A stretch of DNA of 46,993 bases, taken from IMG/VR virus record IMGVR_UViG_3300037483_000784, positions 1 to 46,993 of that record. One strand, given 5' to 3'. The notes beneath the pieces were generated by a model, which saw nothing but the letters and a program-made list of their open reading frames with translations, did no database searches and had not been told where the DNA came from. How positions within the stretch are numbered: the first letter of the stretch is position 1; every line of letters begins with the position of its first letter. This DNA comes from a virus (lineage: Duplodnaviria; Caudoviricetes). This document shows, one piece after another, positions 18,376 through 26,398 of this stretch. The position numbers and the translations under genes were made by a program.

Positions 18376-18840
18376 ATGAAGGTGATTCGGATGGTGGTCC
18401 AGACAGCTACTAAGAACGCGGCGTCCTACCTAGTGGCCGGGGCGCTCCGGATGTTCGACGGCCCGAGAGCTTTTGTCAGCTACGCGGACAGCTCGCAAGG
18501 GCATTGCGGCATAGTTTATCAAGCCACAAACTGGATTTATACCGGCGCGACCCGTTCACATGATTCTGCGTACATCGTAGATGGGGCAAGGGTAATGCCT
18601 CTAACACTCCGGCAAAAGGGCGTCAAGGGCCCAAAGCGGTGGGCCAAGGAAAATGGTATCGTTACCATAAAACCAGAACCCAAGCACCGGTACTTTATAT
18701 TAATTGGTAGTCGATCGCATAAGAAACGGATGAGGGCGATGTTAAAATATCACGAGGTGACCCCTTACCCGAAGTCGGAACAACGACGATACGATGCTGG
18801 TCCTACGTTGTTCTACACAGAAGAGCAAGCAGCATTCTAA
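18376..18840 (+). CDS. Mom-like (GNAT-fold) DNA adenine-modification protein, apparently N-terminally shortened
   Basis: KNAASYLVAGALRM, FVSYADSSQGHCGIVYQATNWIYTG, KHRYF and PYPK match the hallmark motifs of Mu Mom-family proteins; only 154 aa. Confidence 0.75.
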   Translation: MKVIRMVVQTATKNAASYLVAGALRMFDGPRAFVSYADSSQGHCGIVYQATNWIYTGATRSHDSAYIVDGARVMPLTLRQKGVKGPKRWAKENGIVTIKPEPKHRYFILIGSRSHKKRMRAMLKYHEVTPYPKSEQRRYDAGPTLFYTEEQAAF

Positions 18841-18877
18841 CTACCGCCAGCAAGATAAACGCAAAGGAAAACAGAAA

Positions 18878-19261
18878 ATGAATAACAAGCCGTGGTGGAA
18901 CACCGGAAGAACAGAGGCCCGTGCAGCGGAATTGCTGATTGCACTCAATAGAGTGACAGACGGTGGCCCTGCCGGTATGGCTCTGGCAAAAGCTTCGATA
19001 GGTGTAGTGGCCGAATTACTTAGCGTTATCGCCGGTCTCAAGACTGCTGCACGGCCTCCGGCCAGTTACAAAGAGGTCATGTACCAGATGTCCGGCTTAC
19101 TATCGTCAGCGGGCCTGTTACAAGGCATAGATGTCAAGATTGCCGTGGACAGACCAGGTTCGTCGAGGGAAACACCTATGACCGGGCAAGAGGCTTCAGT
19201 GCGCCGTGTCGAGACTACTACCATTGTAATCACAGCTGGCCCCGAGGCAGACCCCCAATGA
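18878..19261 (+). CDS. Hypothetical protein
   Basis: ATG at 18878 with AAGGA RBS. Confidence 0.55.
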   Translation: MNNKPWWNTGRTEARAAELLIALNRVTDGGPAGMALAKASIGVVAELLSVIAGLKTAARPPASYKEVMYQMSGLLSSAGLLQGIDVKIAVDRPGSSRETPMTGQEASVRRVETTTIVITAGPEADPQ

Positions 19262-19280
19262 TGCCCATCAACGAAAATAC

Positions 19281-19309
19281 TTGTATAGAAAGTCGGGTTG
19301 TGTTCTAAT
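19281..19309 (+). promoter_or_regulatory. Putative early promoter (class lacking -11A)
   Basis: AAAATAC-TTGTAT-17 nt-TCTAAT with extended TG; near-duplicate of the 20461-20543 cassette. Confidence 0.65.
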
Positions 19310-19349
19310 AGCCCCGTAGTCCACCGAAAACACTATAGAGGATAGAGAC

Positions 19350-20102
19350 ATGAAACACCTACCTGAAAGAGTCCAGCGCAAACTCAAAGCATTGCGCGCC
19401 ATGGCCAACGACGCCTCCTCCGAAAACGAGGCGTTGATTGCGGCCAGACAGCTGTATATACTGATGGCCAAGTATGACGTTCAAGAAATCGAGATCGAAG
19501 AAAACGGTCTGGATATTGGCACGGAAGCGGTGGAAGTGGATCATACCAAAACTGGGCTATGGGCCGGTGTAATAGCTCGGGGGTTGGCCGAGCTGTATTT
19601 CTGCCATATCTATCAGAGCACAAACAGGCAAACCGGCAAGAACCTGAAGCGTTACTTCCACGTAACCGGCAACAACAATCACCGTTTCATTGCCACCATG
19701 ATGATTCGCAAGGTCGTGGCCCTGGTGGACTTGAAGGCGCGCACCACTTGCAAGCTGAGGCCGAGCAATGATGACCCGTGGGCGTACATCTGCAGCTTTC
19801 GGACAGAAGCCGCGACCCGTATCCAGAGCCGCTGTTACCAGATGATGAACGAGGGTAAACAAGGGAAACTTGATGACGGGGAAGGCGGCACACTGCCCGC
19901 TTTACTGAACGCGTATGCACGGCACGAGGCTGATGCTCGCGCATATATTGAAGCGGCCGGGGTACAATTGGGGGCCGGTAACCAGAAAGCTGCGGCTGCG
20001 AGCAGTGCGGGCCGGTCAGCGGGCCGGGATTTCGGCGACAAGGTAGGGCTTCGCCAAGAGTTGGGCGGAATGGTTAAAAGCAGATTGTTGGGGAGAGGTT
20101 GA
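19350..20102 (+). CDS. DUF2786-domain protein
   Basis: N-terminal RKLKALRAMA....ENEA..AARQ...LMAKYDV signature and C-terminal AGRSAGRDFG. Confidence 0.8.
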   Translation: MKHLPERVQRKLKALRAMANDASSENEALIAARQLYILMAKYDVQEIEIEENGLDIGTEAVEVDHTKTGLWAGVIARGLAELYFCHIYQSTNRQTGKNLKRYFHVTGNNNHRFIATMMIRKVVALVDLKARTTCKLRPSNDDPWAYICSFRTEAATRIQSRCYQMMNEGKQGKLDDGEGGTLPALLNAYARHEADARAYIEAAGVQLGAGNQKAAAASSAGRSAGRDFGDKVGLRQELGGMVKSRLLGRG

Positions 20103-20103
20103 G

Positions 20104-20358
20104 ATGACGGTATGCGAAATGCTACAGGACTTCATAGAGCGATTTCCGGGAAGCGAACATAGAATAACTTCTTTTATCGGGTCAAGCGGCAATGTCGTCC
20201 TCCTTTACCGTTATCTGCCGGATCAAGGGGTTTCGGCGTACAATGTAAGGGCGGAAATTTCGGACCCCGCAAGCTTGCGTCAACACCACGAAGATGCAAT
20301 GAAAATCATGGGGCCGTGGCAGCGGGGCGCAACAGAAGCAGAACATGACCACGATTAA
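20104..20358 (+). CDS. Hypothetical protein
   Basis: GAGG RBS; tightly packed with neighbouring genes. Confidence 0.55.
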   Translation: MTVCEMLQDFIERFPGSEHRITSFIGSSGNVVLLYRYLPDQGVSAYNVRAEISDPASLRQHHEDAMKIMGPWQRGATEAEHDHD

Positions 20359-20539
20359 AGAACTGGAAGCAAGGCTCGAAGCCACCCGGTTGGTGCTGAA
20401 GAAGCACAACGGCATACTGCCGGAAGAAAGCAGACGGTACGAAAACAGTGACACGTTACGAAAATACTTGTGTCAGGGTCCGGGTTGTGTTCTAATAACC
20501 CCATGGTCGAGCGAAAACGCCAACCCCAATAGAGGATAG
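20345..20539 (+). CDS. Hypothetical protein (3' end runs through a promoter cassette)
   Basis: Overlaps the upstream stop; the C-terminus may be fortuitous. Confidence 0.35.
   Translation: MTTIKELEARLEATRLVLKKHNGILPEESRRYENSDTLRKYLCQGPGCVLITPWSSENANPNRG
20468..20496 (+). promoter_or_regulatory. Putative early promoter (class lacking -11A)
   Basis: AAAATAC-TTGTGT-17 nt-TCTAAT with extended TG. Confidence 0.65.
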
Positions 20540-20543
20540 AGAC

Positions 20544-20726
20544 ATGAAAACATTCATAATCAAAACTGACGCGGACCTGAACGCCTTGGTCGACGAAATA
20601 GACAGACTACAGCGCTTGGCGAAAAAGGTTTCGCGTATTTCGGAGCTGGAAAATCTGCAGTCGCAAATTGATTTGAAGCTGTTGGGGCTTGGTACTGTAG
20701 TGTATCAGGCAAGTGTCGATAACTAA
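20544..20726 (+). CDS. Small hypothetical early protein
   Basis: TAGAGGATAGAGAC-ATG leader. Confidence 0.7.
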   Translation: MKTFIIKTDADLNALVDEIDRLQRLAKKVSRISELENLQSQIDLKLLGLGTVVYQASVDN

Positions 20727-20767
20727 TTAAACGAACAGGCCAAGGATGGCCCAATTGAGGATGTGAA

Positions 20768-21025
20768 ATGAAAAACGAAGTTGACGGCAAAAAAGTAGTT
20801 TATGGCGGTACCTTTGGCAAGTCGCTGATTACTAAAGAGCGCTTTCTTTCACAATGGAAAGGCCATCTTGCCCAACTTACACACATGGCGGATACGACAG
20901 CAGAGCTCCAAAGCATCGTAAATGCGTACGAACCAATTCGCAAAATGGTTATCGAAAAAGCCGAGCATTATATTACCGAAGCTGAAGCCGAAGCCATCGG
21001 CATTGCCAAATACCTGAAAGACTAA
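20768..21025 (+). CDS. Hypothetical protein
   Basis: GAGGA RBS. Confidence 0.65.
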   Translation: MKNEVDGKKVVYGGTFGKSLITKERFLSQWKGHLAQLTHMADTTAELQSIVNAYEPIRKMVIEKAEHYITEAEAEAIGIAKYLKD

Positions 21026-21082
21026 CAGCAAGACCAACGGCCAAGGACGGCCATTTTAACACACAACTGAGAGGATAGAAAG

Positions 21083-21946
21083 ATGAAAACCGAAATTTTC
21101 GAAAACTTTGAAGAATTCACAAAGCGCGTTGATAAGTCGGTCAACGGGGTAAGTCAAGATTTTGCCGACAACAATGCAAATTGGCAGGAGCAGAACGAAT
21201 TGAATACAGGCTGCTGGAATTGCAGTGGTTGCAGTGATTGCAGTGATTGCAGTGGTTGCCGTAATTGCAGTGGTTGCCGTAATTGCAGTGGTTGCCGTAA
21301 TTGCAGTGATTGCAGTGGTTGCCGTAATTGCATTGGTTGCCGTAATTGCATTGGTTGCCGTAATTGCAGTGGTTGCCGTAATTGCAGTGGTTGCAGTGAT
21401 TGCAGTGATTGCCGTAATTGCAGTGGTTGCAGTGATTGCAGTGATTGCCGTAATTGCAATGGTTGCAGTGGTTGCAGTGATTGCAGTGATTGCATTGGTT
21501 GCAGTGATTGCAGTGATTGCAGTGATTGCAGTGGTTGCAGTGGTTGCAGTGATTGCAGTGATTGCAGTGATTGCATTGGTTGCCGTAATTGCAGTGATTG
21601 CAGTGGTTGCAGCACAGACTCAGAAATCATAGACCTGGTGGCGACTGTTAGGGTGTCTAATATACACTCAGAGGTATTCGCTGCCGTAAGCCGGCCGGGT
21701 GCTTTAGATATGTCTGTTTGGCACAAATGTAAAAACACTCACTGCCGTGCTGGTTGGGCTGTCATTTTGGCCGGCGAAAATGGCAAACGCCTGGAGGAAT
21801 TAACATCGTGTGAGTTCGCGGCAAAAATGATTTACAAAAATAGCTCTGATATCCACGTCTCGCCTAATCGTTTTTATGACTCCAACGAGGTGGCACTCGC
21901 AGACATCGAGCGTTGCGCCAGGCTGGAAGTGGAGACTCAATTATGA
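21083..21946 (+). CDS. Cys-rich CxxCxx-repeat protein with C-terminal LDM..WH.C..THCRAGW domain
   Basis: GAGAGGATAGAAAG leader; about 45 tandem Cxx triplets, then ALDMSVWHKCKNTHCRAGWAVILAG. Confidence 0.8.
   Translation: MKTEIFENFEEFTKRVDKSVNGVSQDFADNNANWQEQNELNTGCWNCSGCSDCSDCSGCRNCSGCRNCSGCRNCSDCSGCRNCIGCRNCIGCRNCSGCRNCSGCSDCSDCRNCSGCSDCSDCRNCNGCSGCSDCSDCIGCSDCSDCSDCSGCSGCSDCSDCSDCIGCRNCSDCSGCSTDSEIIDLVATVRVSNIHSEVFAAVSRPGALDMSVWHKCKNTHCRAGWAVILAGENGKRLEELTSCEFAAKMIYKNSSDIHVSPNRFYDSNEVALADIERCARLEVETQL
21220..21610 (+). repeat. 9-bp coding microsatellite (TGCAGTGAT/TGCAGTGGT/TGCCGTAAT/TGCATTGGT), ~43 units
   Basis: Directly visible in the sequence. Confidence 0.95.
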
Positions 21947-21952
21947 GGCACA

Positions 21953-21981
21953 TTGACGTAGGGCAGGCCACATGTTTTAAT
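21953..21981 (+). promoter_or_regulatory. Putative early promoter (class lacking -11A)
   Basis: TTGACG-17 nt-TTTAAT with extended TG. Confidence 0.65.
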
Positions 21982-22032
21982 AACCTTGTAGTTGATAGAC
22001 ATATTTAACATAACTTAATAGAGGAAATCACG

Positions 22033-22632
22033 ATGGATAAAGTAAAACGCGCTGTTGTTGGCGGCTTGGTTAAAGCTGACGTTGACGGAAAAGGCGCCTA
22101 CCTGGTGGGCAAGATTATTGACATCGCCGCCACCAAAGGCAAAGTGACTTTTGAAGCAGCCGACGGTTCCGGCGAAGTGGTTGTACCGAGGACGGAGCTT
22201 TACAAAGCTACCGAAAAAGAGTATCGGGACGCGACAGGTGGAACCGGGGGTAAAACCGAGGCGAAAACCCGACCAAAAGTAAAGCCTTCATTCAAAAGAG
22301 CCGATGAAGATGAAGATGAAGATGAAGATGAAGATGAAGATGAAGACGGGGGGCCGGTTGGCGGCAAAATGCCTGCTTCGCTGACTAAGGCACGCAAGCG
22401 CTACAAAAAAGACAGGCTGCCCTCCGGTCGTGAAACCGCGCACAATGATGATCCGGTTGCCCGCGAGCTGCACGGCAAGACATTGGAGGAAGTGAAAACA
22501 TACGTGGCCAAGAAAATGGGCACAGGCCATGGGACTTTTACCAAAGCGTACGGACATCTCAATCGCGGCCACCAGCGCATGTTGATCGGCAACGTGTACC
22601 GCAACTTCCTGCGTGAACAGGCCGGGGAGTAA
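22033..22632 (+). CDS. Hypothetical protein with central poly-(DE) tract and basic C-terminal domain
   Basis: TAGAGGA RBS; (GATGAA)7 at ~22303-22344; C-terminal YGHLNRGHQRM.IGN.YR. Confidence 0.75.
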   Translation: MDKVKRAVVGGLVKADVDGKGAYLVGKIIDIAATKGKVTFEAADGSGEVVVPRTELYKATEKEYRDATGGTGGKTEAKTRPKVKPSFKRADEDEDEDEDEDEDEDGGPVGGKMPASLTKARKRYKKDRLPSGRETAHNDDPVARELHGKTLEEVKTYVAKKMGTGHGTFTKAYGHLNRGHQRMLIGNVYRNFLREQAGE

Positions 22633-22682
22633 AGCAAAGCTGGAGTCTGGCCCGGGCTTAAGTCCGCCATAGAGGATAAGAT

Positions 22683-23054
22683 ATGAAGATCGCGATTGTA
22701 GGTAAACCAGAATTTGAATTCAGCAAGTTTTCGACAATTCAAAGCTTTTTGCCGTTCGCTGTGCGGGGTTTGCGCCGACTGGCCGCGTCACACTATGACC
22801 ATGCCTGCAGAACGGCCGGATCAGTGGGGTTTCTGGTCACGTGGGACGCAGCAGTCAGCTACTCCTACGCAACCATCAGGGCATCTTTCCGGGAATTGGA
22901 CTTGACGCTAAAGATCGTCGAGGCGATGAGCCTGGGTCGCCAGCTGCCCGCCGAAGAGCGCGAAGCTGTGGAACTATACGAACAGCTGGCGCGAAAAGCT
23001 ATCCGTGCTTATAACGAAGATGTATCCGCCGAACTCTGGAGGATACAGGTATGA
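22683..23054 (+). CDS. Hypothetical protein
   Basis: TAGAGGATAAG leader. Confidence 0.65.
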   Translation: MKIAIVGKPEFEFSKFSTIQSFLPFAVRGLRRLAASHYDHACRTAGSVGFLVTWDAAVSYSYATIRASFRELDLTLKIVEAMSLGRQLPAEEREAVELYEQLARKAIRAYNEDVSAELWRIQV

Positions 23055-23308
23055 GAAGGGCCAATTTCGAAATACGGCCAGGGCCGTACGCAGGTTCCGT
23101 ATTATTGGCAGATATCGGACCCTGGGACCAGTACCCGACGATCACCAACGACATCGACAACGTTGTGAAGTCTCTGTATGCGAACGGTGTTATCAATGGT
23201 TCCGTCCTTTTGTTCTATACAGACTCGAACGGCGACACGGATCAAATCATACATGACGACGGTGAATTTATTGGGTTTGCGCCGTACCGCGCAGATGCCG
23301 AGGATTAA
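23051..23308 (+). CDS. Hypothetical protein
   Basis: ATGA overlap and GGAGG RBS; motifs TITND..NVV and YTDS.G..DQI. Confidence 0.7.
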   Translation: MRRANFEIRPGPYAGSVLLADIGPWDQYPTITNDIDNVVKSLYANGVINGSVLLFYTDSNGDTDQIIHDDGEFIGFAPYRADAED

Positions 23309-23313
23309 CAAAC

Positions 23314-23628
23314 ATGGCCAGATCAGCTGAATATTTACGCCGCTGCCTGTTGCGCTCGGCAACTTCAAAAGCCCGAGCAAAAGGTACAACTACAGAAGAT
23401 TTTACAGCGGCGATGCTTTTGTCTCTGCGCGACAAAATGGGCAGCAAGTACACCAGTTCCGTAGGACATCGCGCCAAAGCTGTGGTAGCGGCCGTGTGGA
23501 ATCAACAGAATTGCGTGCTCTGTGTGGCGGAGCGCAGGGTATCGGACCCGCCCAAGCATTGTCCTTTGTGCAAAGGTAGCGGTACAACCCGCTACCTGTC
23601 GGCCACTGACCCAGTGGCCGACAGGTAG
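23314..23628 (+). CDS. Hypothetical protein with CxxC..CxxCxGxG zinc finger
   Basis: Motifs CVLC and CPLCKGSG. Confidence 0.55.
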   Translation: MARSAEYLRRCLLRSATSKARAKGTTTEDFTAAMLLSLRDKMGSKYTSSVGHRAKAVVAAVWNQQNCVLCVAERRVSDPPKHCPLCKGSGTTRYLSATDPVADR

Positions 23629-23896
23629 CGGGCCTGGTGATTCCGGTAGATTGGTCAGGGGTAAAGCAATGAATAACACACTAACAGACAGATTAAGAAG
23701 CGGCGATATATGTAACTGGAAACATATATCGCCGCAAACTAAGATACATAGGACACAACTGGAGCGGAAAGGGATACTGGCATCAGTTCTCGCTGGCTGA
23801 AGATGCTGAAAATAAAGTTTGGTGTGAAGTTCTTCCGCGTGATTTATTCCTTCTGGAGTTTTCTGACGTAGAAGCTGAGAGGATGGAGGAAGCGAA

Positions 23897-24166
23897 ATGA
23901 GCAAGTACGGGCTGAGAAAGAAGGATTATGGCACGTTCTATGAAGCTGGTGAGGTATTGGATTCACACGGTGGCTTGGCTATCGCTTGTAATATGCGGGA
24001 GGCTGCAAGCAGATCAGATTCAACTATCCGGGAGCTTGCCGAGGTGCTGGAGAAGCTGGTTAGGTTCGACAGTGCAGACCAAGAAGATGATGTGCAGCTC
24101 ATGCTTGATTATGCCGATATATTGAAGAGTACAAAGATAGCATTGGCAACGGCGACAATAGAATAA
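23897..24166 (+). CDS. Hypothetical protein
   Basis: GGAGG RBS. Confidence 0.65.
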   Translation: MSKYGLRKKDYGTFYEAGEVLDSHGGLAIACNMREAASRSDSTIRELAEVLEKLVRFDSADQEDDVQLMLDYADILKSTKIALATATIE

Positions 24167-24210
24167 TTCCGGTAAATCATATTACCGGAAATAACATAGG
24201 AGAAATAAAC

Positions 24211-24629
24211 ATGGGCCAAGAGTTTCTTGACATTGATCAACTAATAGAAGATTTGTCGCATCTCCGTGATTTCATGCCGCTTTTGTTAAAGGAATATATT
24301 AAGTCAGGGCACCCAAGCCACTGCACAAGGGATGACTTAGTTGGCTTCTCCTCTAATGGAGCAGAGTATCGAACCGAATATAACGATTCTTGTAGCTGTC
24401 ATCCAGAATGGAGAGAAGACACGATAACAATACACTGGGGTCTTATTAAAGACTTTCTCAGTAACGGGCCAGAGACAATAGAAAAAATGAGAAAGTCTCA
24501 TGAAGCTCTGACCAAAAATTATTTGAAAAGGCTCAGGAGCGCAAGGTAAAAGAAAGAATAAGAGCGGAAGAAAACACCCGCAAACAGGAGCTGGCTCAAC
24601 TAGAGAAGCTGAAGAATAAATATGAGTAG
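24211..24629 (+). CDS. Hypothetical protein with apparent -1 frameshift near 24514-24518 (ORF as given stops at 24549)
   Basis: AGGAG RBS. Adding one A to the A5 run gives a coherent coiled-coil end ..KKLFEKAQERKVKERIRAEENTRKQELAQLEKLKNKYE*. Confidence 0.55.
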
Positions 24630-24666
24630 AAAAGCCTAATCATATTACCGGAAGCAAGAGGAGTAA

Positions 24667-24966
24667 ATGACAGTGACAAATGAATTAAATGAAATTGATC
24701 AAGAGCAGGATTCAGCCGTCACACTTTGTCATGGCGAGCATAGGGTTCGGGTAGTTCGGTTCGCTGATAGTCATGGAAATATTCGTTTCAATATCGGAAC
24801 GCCATACAACAATATAAACCTATTCTGGAAAGACTTTGAAATTATGGTGAAGCACTTCGCTTCGGAGCTTATTGAACAGGGATGTCTGAATCCAAGGCTG
24901 GTATCGCAACTGGAAGAGTGTGCAAAAAACACAAGAGGAGGTCCAAATGACCAGACCCGCAAATAG
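24667..24966 (+). CDS. Hypothetical protein
   Basis: GAGGAG RBS. Confidence 0.65.
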   Translation: MTVTNELNEIDQEQDSAVTLCHGEHRVRVVRFADSHGNIRFNIGTPYNNINLFWKDFEIMVKHFASELIEQGCLNPRLVSQLEECAKNTRGGPNDQTRK

Positions 24967-25129
24967 AAAGACGAGGGAGCAGAAGTTGCTTGTATGCCCG
25001 GTTGGTGCCATTAAATCAGCGGAAGGCGCATTACTTATGGCTGCCGATCAAGAAGATAGCGGCACAGCACCGCGCTGAAGCCAAAGAAATCACGGATTGG
25101 TTGATGCCGCTTGAACAGAGGAATAAACA

Positions 25130-25375
25130 ATGAAAATTAAAGAGATTATTGACCAGCACAGGCGCGACTTCCGAGCCGTGTACATGTGTGAATTTTGCGA
25201 CAAAGAGTTCGTGTCTGGCGGTTACGATGATGACAACTTCCACCAACACGTGGTGCCAAATTTTCGATGCGGTGACTTTTTACGCTGGCCGGGTTGTGGC
25301 AAATCCACACTGAGTGAGGGGGCGCACCTGAACCCAGATCAATCGGACCTGTGCGCCGCACAGCAAGAGACATAG
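25130..25375 (+). CDS. Zn-ribbon-like small phage protein
   Basis: MKIKEI..QHRRDF.A.Y.CE.C....GYDD.NFH..V.P...C...CGK; GAGGA RBS. Confidence 0.7.
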   Translation: MKIKEIIDQHRRDFRAVYMCEFCDKEFVSGGYDDDNFHQHVVPNFRCGDFLRWPGCGKSTLSEGAHLNPDQSDLCAAQQET

Positions 25376-25376
25376 C

Positions 25377-25751
25377 ATGAAAACACCCGGCCGCAGTCGT
25401 TACCACTGGCGCTGCCGGGCATGCAGACGTGGCGGCGGGCATGGGCACTTCACAACACCCCGTGGTCCCGGCACAAGCGGCTCCCCAGCACAATGTCCCA
25501 AATGTGGTAGTGATGAGTGTACCGATGACGAAGCAAAGTATCATGAACGAGTGCAGCGTAAAATGAAGAGGTCGTGCAACTGCGCCGGGGTACCACACCC
25601 GCACTTGCTCAACGCCAAAGGGGAAAGTGCTCACAGGCTATGCATTCATTACCCACTATTGAAACTGGAACAAGAAGGATGGACTGAGGGAGATTTGCGG
25701 CAATACAGTGAACGAATCTTCAACAACAAACGGAGGACATCACACTCATGA
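25377..25751 (+). CDS. Cys/His-rich hypothetical protein
   Basis: Motifs CRAC, CPKC and CNC.G.PHPH. Confidence 0.6.
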   Translation: MKTPGRSRYHWRCRACRRGGGHGHFTTPRGPGTSGSPAQCPKCGSDECTDDEAKYHERVQRKMKRSCNCAGVPHPHLLNAKGESAHRLCIHYPLLKLEQEGWTEGDLRQYSERIFNNKRRTSHS

Positions 25752-26293
25752 AGATAATGGCAACAGAAGGCTTTCCCTTGGACGGAGGGGCCGCACCCGG
25801 TCCTGACATAACACAGGGTGTCGGTATGTACAAGGGAAGCAAACGGGAGAAACAGAAGACATATCGGCACCCCTATGACCGCAGGCTTTGCCCGGATAGC
25901 CTGACCCGCCCGCCTCTCCCGAACTGGCTCGCCCGTACCCTGGAAGAGCACTTGGCCGAGGGTAAAAACCGTAGCAGTTTTGTCTACTGGACACGAATGT
26001 ACTGGGCCACGCCGCCCTGGTTGGGCGACTCCCAAATCGCCCGGATGAGGGCATTAAAGGGGACATGTCCGGATGGTTACGAACTGGATCACGAAGTACC
26101 CCTTAAAAGTAATATAGTGTGCGGCTTGAACGTACCGTGGAACTTGTACCAAACGCCGAAATACAAAAACCGGAATAAATCCAACAGGCACTGGCCAGAC
26201 ATGCCGATGCAGCCCGTGGACATGTTCGACGAGCACGCCTACCAATACTTCGATCTGCTTCACCCGACACTTGAGAAATACTCGAAGCTGTAG
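25748..26293 (+). CDS. HNH-family endonuclease (start uncertain, possibly 25826)
   Basis: WATPPWL and ELDHEVPL....VCGLNVPWNL......NRNKSN; lies upstream of the terminase genes. Confidence 0.8.
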   Translation: MKIMATEGFPLDGGAAPGPDITQGVGMYKGSKREKQKTYRHPYDRRLCPDSLTRPPLPNWLARTLEEHLAEGKNRSSFVYWTRMYWATPPWLGDSQIARMRALKGTCPDGYELDHEVPLKSNIVCGLNVPWNLYQTPKYKNRNKSNRHWPDMPMQPVDMFDEHAYQYFDLLHPTLEKYSKL

Positions 26294-26398
26294 CAGCGTG
26301 TAGCAGCAACACCCCATAAACTGCAACACCGACACCCCCGGAACGTTTTCGGAACCTATTATAAGAGACTCGGAACTGTCTGTGTAACCTAAGAGAGG

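Noticed and set aside
21154-21738. Alternative-frame ORFs (VAVIAVIA.. on +, LQSLQPLQ.. on -) as real genes
   Set aside because: They are by-products of the stop-free 9-bp repeat; only the Cys frame has an RBS and unique flanking domains.
24947-25133. Possible second frameshifted small gene (MTRPANRK.. then ..AEAKEITDWLMPLEQRNKQ)
   Set aside because: Two short overlapping frames fill the gap, but there is no clear slippery site or recognisable homology, so it is too weak to call.
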